A stretch of 64,000 nucleotides of DNA from Folioceros fuciformis (lineage: Eukaryota), in NCBI GenBank assembly GCA_049999805.1, contig JBNGIO010006327.1:195394-259393 (forward strand). The letters run 5' to 3'. A model generated the notes under the pieces. That model was not told the origin of the DNA. It saw nothing but the letters and a program-made list of their open reading frames with translations, and did not search any database. The position numbers and the translations under genes were made by a program. Below, in pieces: positions 48,990 through 59,998 of this stretch (the stretch's first letter is position 1; the number at the start of each line of letters is the position of its first letter).

Positions 48990-51340
48990 GAGGAAGGTGT
49001 CCCTTAAATTTCTCATGTTTCAATGGCTGCTAGCAAATTGCTAACCATAAAGAATGTCATTCTTAGGGTGTGTCCAATTGCTATAGGAGATAAGTTCTTA
49101 TAGCTCATCAATAGGAGTATTGTTATTTAGCTCTAGAAAAACTTGCAATGTCATCTTAGTCCTCACATATTCAAGATTGCAACTTTAGGAGTCGATGTTT
49201 CAGTGGTACTACAGTCTCACTTGGACTAGGTCACTATGCAAATGGACATAGAAAACACCTCAAACATAGTATCCCGGGCGGCTATTTTTTATGAGCTTTT
49301 GGGCTAGATGGGCAGCTAGCAAGCCTCATTCCTTTTGTTCGCTCCTTCTACAAGTCGCCTTCTCTTCTTTACTATAAGTCTAGGCTGATGCTAAAGGGGG
49401 TTTTAATGCTTGATTTAGCGAAAAGCACAAGGTTGGAAGATCCCTTGGCCAAGAGCTCTCTTTGTCATGGCTTACTCTTTTTTTTTTTCTTGCGAAACAG
49501 AATTAGATAAAACAAGAAGAATTTTGCTTGGAGAGTACATAGATTGAGTCGAGATCCTATTGATAGTCACAACATGCTGAAAGGAAAGGCCTAACAAGAG
49601 GAGTAATGATCCTATATCCTGATTACCTTCCCCAAGGACACCTGTGGTTCCATGAAGTGTCCCGGCCCAACCGTAGAAAACCGGCCATAACCCAATCCTT
49701 CTTCTTAAATTTTTGAGGAGATGAGGCTTTGAGACTTTCCCCCGCAATTAGTACCTGCTCCCAGATACGCCATGCTACCGCCTTGGTGGAAAGCGAGGTC
49801 CTCCCGTGACCATTTTCGAGATTATTTTTTCTCATGAGGATCCTTTAAGTGGTTTTTCGGAGCTTTGTACACTACAAACTGCTATAGCTAGAGATGAAGT
49901 TCCCAATCGAATCTCTCAAGTTTAGGGGGCAAGCAGGTTGCCAACGTTGGAAAAACCTACATCAAGAGTGTGCCCTATTGCCATGGGGAAGGTGTTTCTA
50001 CACCTCATCAGCTAAAGTATCGCAATTCAACTTTGGGAGCACTTCCAAGCACATCTTGCATCCCACCACTTTGGGATTGCTACTTCAAATGGGTGTGAAT
50101 ATGCTACCCTCGGCATCTAGGCGGCCCTCGAGTTACATCCTCACTGGGTAGCTTTGCATGTTAATATCGAGAATGTGTTCAACATCGTCTCTAGGGTCGT
50201 CATCTTCTCAGAGCTTAAGAGAGCACGAGATCAATTGGTTGGTCTTATTCCTTTTGTTTGCTCTTTCTATACGTTGGCCTTTTGGCCATAGAGGCCTCTG
50301 CCCTAGCTACCATTCTCAGTAGCTGGGCCTCTCCACTCCAATTTTGGCCTCTCGTTTTTTACTGCAAAATTCCTCTCTTCTCGAAGGTTTAATCTCATGT
50401 GTTGAGGAGGTGTTTTCTCTTTACAGATAACTCTTAGGTAAGTGAGGAACTCTTTACCTTTAGAGGTTTGTGAGGCTCTACCTTCTTTCACCTCCTTTTT
50501 TAACCCGAGGGTTGAAGGGTCTTCAAGCTTCGCTACTGGAAAAGCAATATAGCCTAGCACTAAGAGCCTTCTTTCGCACTCATCTATCCATAAGTCTTCT
50601 TAAGCTCAGATTCGCTCTTGTTCGGGTAAAAGAGCGAGCTCTAGAATTTTGGCTTGACCTTGCATCCAAGTGTTTTGAATCGCACCAATAACTTTCTCTG
50701 CTGCCATAAGATTTCACCTAGGTTTGGCCCACCCCTTGGCTTTTTCTCTCTCTACATGTAGTTATGAGATTGTCATTGTCGACACAAGGTCTCATCTAGT
50801 ACGTTGTTTAGTCAAGGGGCACCGCATTGCCATCCTTGATGCAGTTCGGGATGTCATGTTCTCAATGACTACAGAATGTGGGTTTCTTCGGTACACTTAT
50901 GTGCATGACATTTATATACTTTGCACAATGGGGTTTCACTTCAAGCTAGCCTTTTTTTTTTTTTACTAAGGGGGAACAGTTTTGTGTCGCTATGTGGTTG
51001 TTACGGATCCCACTAGAGTTTCAATTTGCGAGCATGTCATCATCAACCCCTCTGGATGGGTAGTAGAGCGTTGTGCAAGCTCCAAACTCCATAAGTATTC
51101 TTCCCAACAAGACAAACATATTTTTATCTCCTTTGCTCTTGAGACTCATGGGGCCATGGGTAAGAACTTTTCAAGGTTCACTAAAAAGTGCGCCAAGGTT
51201 TATTAAAGTATTAGGAATGGTGTTTATTAAAGTATTAGGAATGGTGTTCTTCCTCTTTCCTATTTAGTGGTGTTCTTTCGATAACGAGTATCCATTGCTT
51301 TGCAAAGAGCATTGGCCAATGCAATTTTTAAAATAGTAAC
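48990..51340 (+). mobile_element. Highly decayed CRE-like non-LTR retrotransposon fragments (two RT pieces plus C-terminal CCHC/RLE)
   Basis: VCPIAIGD (49068), MDIENTSNIVSR..LIPFVRSFY; second copy VCPIAMG (49968), NIENVFNIVSR..LIPFVCSFY; then SHLVRC..GHRIAILDAVRDV, VVVTDP..KLHKY..FALETHGAMG, RVSIALQRALANAI. Confidence 0.7.
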
Positions 51341-52163
51341 AAGCACAAGTCAAGCAACTTTTTCAGCATTGGTGCTAGGTAGGCTTTTGTTATTGTACAT
51401 CATGATATTTTGGTAATAGTAGGTAGTTTTTGAAAATGATGCTCGAAGGGGTTAGTAGCCCTTTTGGGCTTTGGCTCTAGTCGGGTTGTTCCTCCAATCT
51501 TTGAAGTAGTGGAATTTTCCAGCCCTTTTGGGCTTTGGCTCTAGTCGGGTTATTCCTCCCATCTTTGAAGTAGTGGAATTTTCCATCTCTTTTTTAATAA
51601 TAGAAAATAATTATTTATTAGACAACATTGAAAAGATGAGCTCTTCGTATTCGTGATACTTGCATTGGAGTAAAGTTCGAAATGATGACCATTGGATAGT
51701 TGTCATCAAAACAAAGTGCTAGAGGTAGATTGGATTGATCATCATTGGTATGAATCCCTAGATTATAATGTATAAATAGATAAACTTCATTTGATTTATA
51801 ATTACCTGTGAATAGATTTATCTTGAACATTTACATTTCCCTCCGCGTCTTTAGAGGTTAAATATGCCCTAGTATAATCGCCCATACAGATCTATCTGTT
51901 GGAGCGACGGAGCTGGCGGGGGTGATGAGCGTCGAGGAGAGGAGGGAAGAAAGGGTCGAGGCGCGCAGAGAATAAGGTGGGTTACGTTATGTGTACATAT
52001 GCATGCATGCTGGTGGTACCACGCTCTTGCTCCCAAGAAGTGGAGAGGCCGGCCGGGGGTTTAATAAAGGGACATCGGCCGGGAAAGGGTTTGAGCCGGC
52101 TGTTTACGGTGTACTGCGCGCCTCAGTACCCACACTTACCGACCTAGCTGCTGATGAGCAGGA

Positions 52164-55158
52164 ATGAAAATTCGGCTCACCAGGAAAGGAGATGCGTTCG
52201 CCATATCGAAGCCAGACAGGGTGGAGGATGAGCAGGTGGAGGAGGCCGTGCACTCCTCCGCGGCAGCTGCTGGTGCGGGAACAGGGACAGGAATTGATCA
52301 CGACATGGCCAACACGGAGCCTGCAGCGGCCGTGAAGGAGAGGACGCCCGAGGGCGATAACAAGAGGAGGCGCCTCTCTTCGCCGCTCCTCGACGATGCC
52401 AACGGCAATGGGGACGCAGCCCCGGGGCTGGAACCGGAGGCCAGCAACAGAGGCAAGGACGTGCCGCACGCAATGCCCCCACCGGCGGAACCTGCCAAGG
52501 TTGCGCCCTCGCCGGACCGGGGGAAGGGAGTGCCTCATTCCGGCCCAGCTCCCATGGACCTTTCGCCTGCCAGGACCCCAGCGCCGCCCGGCCAAGCGCC
52601 CCATGAGCCCGTGGAGCCACCACCGGCGGCCACTCCTGCTGTGTTGCCCCCGCTCAAGGCTGCTGCCCCACAGGCGGAGCCGCTGAACCGAGAGTTGTAT
52701 CGCATCCCCAGCTATGCAGGTGGGTTTCGCGTCCCCTATTTGGTGTAATTTGTAGCTTGGTGTGGAGCAGAGGGCGAGGGCTGAATTTCGTGGAGGGTTT
52801 CCTGTGCAGCGTGGTTTTCTTGGAACAAGATTCATAGCCTGGAGCGGAGAGCGCTGAGTATTTTCTTTGATGGCAAGTCGGCCTCCAGGACTCCTAAGAT
52901 ATACAAGGAGTACCGGGATTTTATTATCAACAAGTATAGGGAGAATACCCAGAGAAGGCTCACCTTCACGGAAATTAGGAGGATGCTGATTGGCGATGTG
53001 AACACGCTGCAGAAGGTTTTTGACTTTCTGGAGCATTGGGGGCTGATCAATAACCAGGTTTCCGCTGACTCCAGAAAACCACCAGCTGTCCCCATTGTCG
53101 TGGAACCTGGTCCAGCTAGTATGAGAATTGTACAGCCAGACGTTCGAGCGCAGGCGCTGCATCCTGGTGATGCTGGGATGGTTTCTGGGAGTCACTCGTC
53201 CCCGAGCTTAGCCTCACACAAGGACATTCTTGGTTCTGCAGGAGCCGACAGAGCACCTCCAAAGCACTTCTGTACTGTCTGCAAAGTCGACTGCTCCAAG
53301 GATCGGTATCAACGGCAGGGGCAGGTAGCTTGAGCCTTTCGAAGTCATTCTGCACCATGGTGGTAGTTGCTTCTCCCTTGTCGGGCTGTGCGGTCTTCAT
53401 GTCTGGCTGCCTGGACGGTAGATTTTTTGTTTGCCCTGCGGGCGTTGTTATTATGTGGTCTGAGGCTGGTCTCTTACTGGAGGTTGCTTGGGTGCAGGCC
53501 GGCTCTGTTATATGCCCAAGCTGCTTCAAAGCAGAAAAGTTTGGTGCTACCTTGTCAGCCAAGGAGTTCACACAGATAACAGCGGATGCAGATGGAGGGC
53601 CGGCTAAGGAAGAGTGGACTCAGCAAGAGACACTTCTCCTCCTGGAGGGTGTTATGCGCCATGGTGATAATTGGAACCGGGTTAGTGAATATGTTGGTAC
53701 CAAGACGAAAGCAGAATGCGTGTCACATTTCATCCGGCTGCCCTTCGGCGATCGTATTCTGGGTGATATTGACACGTTTGGGGATGCCTTTCAAGTGAAA
53801 AGCGATAACCTTGTGAAACCTACAAGTCCAACATCAAATGCGAAGGCAAGAGAACAGAAATCTGCGAAATCAAGTGACGGCAAAGCACCCGTCCAAGAGG
53901 ACCTCATTCCCACAGATAATATGTCCTCTCAACCAAAAGCAGATCTATCAGAAGATCTTGTGCATCCGCTTCTAGATGCCAGCAATCCCCTCATTGCACA
54001 GGTGAGGAATGGAGCTGCCTGCTCAGAATTCGTCATCTAAGCGTGATCGCATGTCTGCAGGATGATCTAATGGACCTGATGGGCTGTGTTTTTGCTAGGT
54101 AGCTTTCTTATGTTCTATGGTGGGACCGCGCGTAGGTGCAGCTGCAGCTCAGGCAGCAGTTGCAGCCATCACAGAAGAGGAGGCTGCAATGATACCATTT
54201 CCTCTGCTAGCATCTCATTCATCTGATGCCCTCTCAGGCCAAGCCAATGGGAACAGGTATGGGCTGTGGTTCGCCGCATGTGCCATTTTTTGACGAGCGT
54301 GATCTCGCAGCGGCTCTCCGTCACATCTGATGGGGAACTGCCGGTATTCTTGCAGTTCCAAGGACGTAGGAGATTTGGATTTGAGACGGAAGGAGGATCT
54401 GGCAACTCAAGGTCGTAAATTCTGCCGTAAATGTCTGCTTCCGGTGTAGAAATCATGGACATGGGACTACGGAGTGAGGAGTGTCTGTGTCCCCATATTA
54501 GATGTCAGAACACGATTTTTGTGCATTTCTTTGAAGGAGTTGCAGCTGCAGAATTCTGTGCTGAAATTAACGTCGAAGATGGATTGATTTGCAGGTTTAC
54601 ATGGCGACAAATCATCAGTAGATGGTCAAGACGTCACAGAAAATCCCGGGCTACCAGGCAGGTCACTTTCAGCTGTATCATATCGAGTTGGCATCACAAC
54701 TGCTCTTGCAGGAGCTGCTGCGAATGCACGACTGCTGGCAGATCAAGAAGAGAGGGAGATGGAATCCACTATATCAGACCTGATTGACACTCAGGTGCAA
54801 ATTCCTATGCCTTTGTGGTGTTTTCCATCCTTTGGTTGCACAGGAGGAATTGTTGTGGGATTGAATACATCTTTGCATGCTCCAGCTGAAGAAAATTCAG
54901 GCGAAGTTAGAACATTTCGACGAGCTGGAACTGTTGCTGGAAAAAGAGCGCACTGAGGTTGAAAGAGCCCGCACGCAAGTATACGCAGACCGAATACGGT
55001 TTGCTGAATTTCAGTTTGGGTCATCCCGGGTCCCCAACGGTGAGGTGAGGCCCAACGACGGTGTCCATTCCGCTAGGCCTTCACTAACTCCACCGGTGCC
55101 TCAGAGGGCTGGGATGTCCGGTTCCGCCGCCAAGTTAATTCCTACGAGGAAACTGTAG
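52164..55158 (+). CDS. SWI3A: SWI/SNF subunit SWI3 (SWI3A-like): SWIRM, ZZ-like finger, SANT, leucine zipper
   Basis: ELYRIPSYAAWFSWNKIH, RTPKIYKEYRDFIINKYRE..FLEHWGLIN, WTQQETLLLLEG..FIRLPFG, LLADQEEREM, QLKKIQAKLEHF. Confidence 0.92.
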
Positions 55159-55823
55159 AGCAGCTGATGTACATCACGCAGCCTCTGCGTAAGAGATGGA
55201 ACTAGCAAGTGGTCGAGAATTCTCTCACCGGCTTGCGAGGACCCAGCACACCCTTTTCTTAGTGCTGCCCACCTCCTGTTCTTTGCTCGAGGTTTGTCAA
55301 TGGTAGGTGTTTTTCAAGGTCATTCAATCTCAAAACTGAGCTGTCACTTCAACCGGAGCCCAAAAAGCCTTAGTGCCAACGAGGACTACCAAATAACATG
55401 CAACAAAATGTCGATAACGGGATTACTCCGAATTTGAAATAGGTGGCAATATCGACAATCTTGAGTGGTGCTCCCAACCCCGAATAAGAGATTGGCGAAC
55501 CAGAATTATCTCTACAACGGGTCGTCCGAATCTGGGGCAGCCGGGCAGTATGACAAAATATCATCTGTCACACAAGCTGCTTCTCAAATGCTGATATATT
55601 GCAGATATTCAACCGAAATATCAAGGGTGAGTTCGGCCACAGTATCCCACAAACATCAATGGGGGCGCCCCACGTGGGATCCGATAGGATAGCGTCTGGA
55701 AGCCTGACCACCCCTCAACCCTCTACCTACTACACACCTACCATTCTCCCTATTTCCTGTCGCTCGCAGCTGTGTTTGCTCAGTCCCGAGCGTCTTTCGG
55801 GCTGAACCTCTCCGACCGCAGCC

Positions 55824-57389
55824 ATGGCCGCCGTCCTTCCGCTGCGTTCTGTTGGCATGGCACTCTCTGCTGGATTGGAGTCCTCCAGGAGTCTTAAATC
55901 CGGAGGGGAGGTGTGCCTGGCTGCGCCGGGGCTGGTGCATGTGCAAGCCGGGAAGGTGGCCAATGTCGGTTCTGCCAAGCAGAGGTTGAGGAGCTTTGAC
56001 GGCCTCCGCGCTGGCTCCGTCGCGGCCTCAATGTTTGGGAGTGTGGAGAGTCTGCAGAGGAGGAGTGCCTGTGTGGAGGGGGATCGGGTGATTACAACGT
56101 TCACCGTGTACGCTGGGAAGAGCAGTAAGAAGCTGGATGGGAGAAGACTGCGTGTGGCTGTTATCGGAGGCGGGCCGGGCGGGGGCTGCGCGGCTGAGAC
56201 GCTGGCCAAGAACGGGATTGAGACGTTTCTCATCGAGCGGAAGTTGGACAATGCCAAGCCCTGTGGAGGTGCCATTCCGCTATGCATGGTGGGAGAATTC
56301 GATCTGCCGCCTGAAATCATCGACCGCAAGGTGACCAAGATGAAGATGATCTCGCCTTCAAATGTGGCTGTGGACATCGGAAAGACTCTGAATGAAAACG
56401 AGTATATCGGCATGGTGCGGCGAGAGGTGTTAGACTCCTATCTCAGAGACCGGGCGGCCAAACACGGTGCTAATGTGATCAACGGTTTGTTCCTGAGGAT
56501 GGAGTTGCCGAAGGATGACATCAGCCCTTACAGGCTGTATTACTCCAAGTACGACGGAATAGCTGGAAAGCAGGGTGAGCCTTGTGTCCTCGAGGTCGAT
56601 GCTGTCATCGGTGCTGATGGTGCGAACAGTCGTGTGGCCAAGGAAATTGATGCCGGTGAGTATGACTACGCTATTGCCTTTCAAGAGAGGATTAAGATTC
56701 CTGATGATAAGATGGAGTACTATGAGAACCTGGCTGAGATGTACGTGGGAGACGATGTGTCACCCGACTTTTACGGCTGGGTGTTCCCGAAGTGTGATCA
56801 CGTTGCCGTTGGCACTGGCACTGTCGTCAACAAGCCTGCCATCAAGAAGTATCAGACGGCTACGCGTTACAGGGCGAGGGACAAGATCGCCGGGGGGAAG
56901 ATCATCCGAGTCGAGGCACATCCTATTCCTGAGCACCCTAGGCCACGCCGTGTGAGAGGGCGGGTTGCTCTCATTGGAGATGCTGCTGGGTATGTGACTA
57001 AATGCTCTGGTGAGGGCATCTACTTTGCTGCCAAGTCTGGCCGCATGTGCGCTGAGGCAATAGTGGTAGGCTCTGGGAGCGGCGAAAGGTTGATCAATGA
57101 GGCGGACCTGCGAGTCTACCTTGACAAGTGGGACAGGACTTATTGGCCAACGTACAAGGTTTTGGATATTCTTCAGAAGGTGTTCTACAGGTCCAACCCC
57201 GCGAGGGAGGCTTTCGTCGAAATGTGTGCAGATGACTATGTGCAGAAGATGACCTTCGACAGTTACCTGTACAAGACCGTCGTTCCCGGGAACCCCATCG
57301 ATGACATCAAGCTGGCATTCAACACCATTGCCAGTCTCGTGAGAGCGAATGCACTGAGGAAAACGGCGAAGTTGCCAGTTATTAGGTGA
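55824..57389 (+). CDS. CHLP: Geranylgeranyl diphosphate reductase, chloroplastic, intronless
   Basis: Transit-peptide-like N-terminus; LRVAVIGGGPGG, KPCGGAIPLC, GADGANSRVAK, GDAAGYVTKCSGEGIYFAAKSG, QKMTFDSYLYK. Confidence 0.97.
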   Translation: MAAVLPLRSVGMALSAGLESSRSLKSGGEVCLAAPGLVHVQAGKVANVGSAKQRLRSFDGLRAGSVAASMFGSVESLQRRSACVEGDRVITTFTVYAGKSSKKLDGRRLRVAVIGGGPGGGCAAETLAKNGIETFLIERKLDNAKPCGGAIPLCMVGEFDLPPEIIDRKVTKMKMISPSNVAVDIGKTLNENEYIGMVRREVLDSYLRDRAAKHGANVINGLFLRMELPKDDISPYRLYYSKYDGIAGKQGEPCVLEVDAVIGADGANSRVAKEIDAGEYDYAIAFQERIKIPDDKMEYYENLAEMYVGDDVSPDFYGWVFPKCDHVAVGTGTVVNKPAIKKYQTATRYRARDKIAGGKIIRVEAHPIPEHPRPRRVRGRVALIGDAAGYVTKCSGEGIYFAAKSGRMCAEAIVVGSGSGERLINEADLRVYLDKWDRTYWPTYKVLDILQKVFYRSNPAREAFVEMCADDYVQKMTFDSYLYKTVVPGNPIDDIKLAFNTIASLVRANALRKTAKLPVIR

Positions 57390-58605
57390 ATGGTCGGAGG
57401 GATGTGACGCCCTTAACACTGGTCGCATGTGGACAGGGGGCTTTTTTTGTGCGCTGTGATTCTCATCTTGAGGAGCAGGCAGGTTGTTCAGGTTTTACTA
57501 TCTTTGTTGTTACGAGCCAACACCTAAGCTAGTGCAACCTGATCTTCCCGCAGGCTTGCTACACCTTCCAGATCTCCTTCTGGTTTAACCAGTCGTAGTC
57601 TGAGCTGCACGCTTTTGCTCTCATACCCGGCAGGTGGATCTCAACTAGGAATTACTTGTCAGCCCACTTGTAAACCTGAGGTCTAAAAAAATAATCATCT
57701 GTTTTACTGACCAAGTGCATAGGTAACACTTGATCTTCCGGAGGTGTTTTCTATACGATTCGTAGTGCTCTTCGTGGACGCGAGAGTGTAAAAAAACGCA
57801 CTAGCATCATAGTAACTAAAGACAACCGCAGCGCACCATGATCTGAGCTACTTCTAGTTTGAACTCTCGCGGCGCAAGATGATGGGACTAACTATCTTGG
57901 AAAGAGGAAACTCCTTACACATCTGCGAACTTGTCGTAACCGGAAGAAGAGGGCAATCAACACACGAAGCTACAACTATGTTGCAGATTGAAAGGAAAAA
58001 TCCTGTACCTGTTACGAAACTCGTATCCTGGTAGTTGCCTTCGAGTACCACGCGGACCCGTGGCCTGGGGTTGTGAATTGCTACATGCAGTTCTCTTCGA
58101 GGGAAAACGCTAGATGTACTAAAAAATGGACAAAAGACTGTTCCGCGCGACAATTTTGGAAATGGGAGACCTTGAAAGTCCTTTACCGAGAGTGGAGAAT
58201 TCGGATTGTAGAGCGTAGAACCCCCAAATCACTGGAAGAACAAGAACTTGAAAGGTGGTTGCCAACTTAAGGGCTACGATGTCCTACGACGGAGACGAAG
58301 TAGCCCTCACTCAGGAACACTGGTCCCTGTCAGAGTTGAGAATGTGGAACTGCTGAACACTTGGCCTGCCATTCTCCTTCATCTCGAATTAAGAGTCCTA
58401 CTTCCGAAACCCCGTCGACCTAAATGGTTCCACGAGAAGGAGAGCAAACATGACGTAATTATGGTCATATGACCCAGCAATGACAGCCTTGCATGATCGA
58501 CACTGCTAACAGCCTCTCCCATCCTCGTTGAGCGCAACAAGGCAGCAGACAAAATGGCGGAGCCACAAAGCCCTCGCTCCAGTCCGACTGAAGCAGAACT
58601 CGGGG

Positions 58606-59328
58606 TCAGTTCTCCCTGTGCAGAAAGCCACTCCACAAACTGGCAGCCTCCTCGCGTGTTCTAGCATTAGTGACAACTGTCACGTTAACCCCCCGAATCT
58701 GGTCAAACATCTCAATATGGTTAAGGATCTCCGGGAACAAGCGCAGCAATTGCGAGCCCACCCTCAGTTGGACACAGTGACTCTGTATGTTAGAAGAGTA
58801 GTCGTGAAAGGACGTGACCGACACAAGCTTCTCCAGAAAATTGTACATCAGATCCCCCCGCAAGGTGGTGCGAGCCACAGGGATAACCTTCCTCGGATTC
58901 CGCTTCGGCTCATACTTGCTCCGCCGAACTTTCAATGCAGGATCCTTGCTCTTGATAGGCAGGAACTTCTGGCCGCACACCACTTCCAAAGCCACTCGGG
59001 CAGCCTTCTCCGAATCCAGAGGAGCCCTGGGCACCACCACCACTGCCGTCACCCGGGGCACCTCCATGACGTTATTGTAGTCGAATTTCGCCAGCAGGTC
59101 ATTCCTCAGCACATTTTCATAGTGGAACCGCAATCTGTTCGGAGGAAAAAGGGCAACTTCTGGTGCAACAGTCCCGGCTGCAGGGACCGTCTCAGAGGCG
59201 CTAGCAAACCCCCTGATCGCCCAAGATTTCCGCCACGGCAGTCTGCCAGACACAAGTACCCTGCTCCCTAGATCCACCAGATACCGCCCCATCCTCGATG
59301 CAACCCAGCCGCATCGCGCAGACGACAT
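58606..59328 (-). CDS. RPL5: Mitochondrial ribosomal protein L5 (uL5m), nuclear-encoded with presequence, intronless
   Basis: LRFHYENVLRNDLLAKFDYNNVMEVP, ALEVVCGQKF, TLRGDLMYNFLEKL, FPEILNHIEMFDQIRGVNVTVVT, LWSGFL; Arg-rich N-terminus ending IRGFASAS. Confidence 0.92.
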   Translation of the reverse strand: MSSARCGWVASRMGRYLVDLGSRVLVSGRLPWRKSWAIRGFASASETVPAAGTVAPEVALFPPNRLRFHYENVLRNDLLAKFDYNNVMEVPRVTAVVVVPRAPLDSEKAARVALEVVCGQKFLPIKSKDPALKVRRSKYEPKRNPRKVIPVARTTLRGDLMYNFLEKLVSVTSFHDYSSNIQSHCVQLRVGSQLLRLFPEILNHIEMFDQIRGVNVTVVTNARTREEAASLWSGFLHREN

Positions 59329-59372
59329 TGCGGGCAACTAGTAAGCGTTCCAGCTGCTGGCTCTCAACCAGA

Positions 59373-59381
59373 TTAGGGTTT
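59373..59381 (-). promoter_or_regulatory. Telo-box AAACCCTAA upstream of RPL5 ATG
   Basis: TTAGGGTTT on the plus strand, about 45 bp upstream of the ATG; this motif is typical of plant ribosomal protein genes. Confidence 0.55.
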
Positions 59382-59998
59382 AAAGAGTCAGATGGCTGGT
59401 TGCTCAAATCGGACACGAAGGAATTCGCTTCGAAGCTCCGATCGCAAGCTGTTCCAAGGCTGCTTGGTTTCAGAGAAAACATCTCAATGCGCAACCGATC
59501 TTTTTGTTGCTGATGGCACGAAATGTATCTCTCCGTGCCGACTAACTAAAAGTCAGTATGAATAAGTCAGGAAGGCGGACATAATGTGGGAAACCTCGCA
59601 GCAGAGGTTCAATCGACTTCCCGCCCATTCCTCGCAAATATGATCTGGCCACTTCTCGGATCGAATTCGTCTAGGGTTAGAATCTGTGCAAATCCAGGAC
59701 GTCGGACTGCAGCTGGACAGTGCCAGTCTCGGTTGGAAGAATGTGCGCAGTAAAGAGCAGTCCCTTGTCCTTGGGTCTTGGTTTGTTCCAGTCCCGCGAC
59801 GAGAGCTTGAGAATAGGAGGGGTTGTCAACAAGGCACGGATTCCTGTTCTGGCTGGTGACTGCATCTGCCGTGAGTTTTAAGTTCGCTTCCCTTTGAGTT
59901 GTGCTCCAGCTCGTATGCTGAATTTGAAGGAGCTGGCCAGGTAAATGTTGAAATGCTACTGACTTTAATGTCGCTTGGTGGGCAGGGTGAGTGGCGGC

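Noticed and set aside
52104..59271. Antisense ORFs 52104-53195, 55730-56413, 56760-57428 and 58528-59271
   Set aside because: They overlap well-supported SWI3, CHLP and RPL5 on the opposite strand and have no recognisable motifs.
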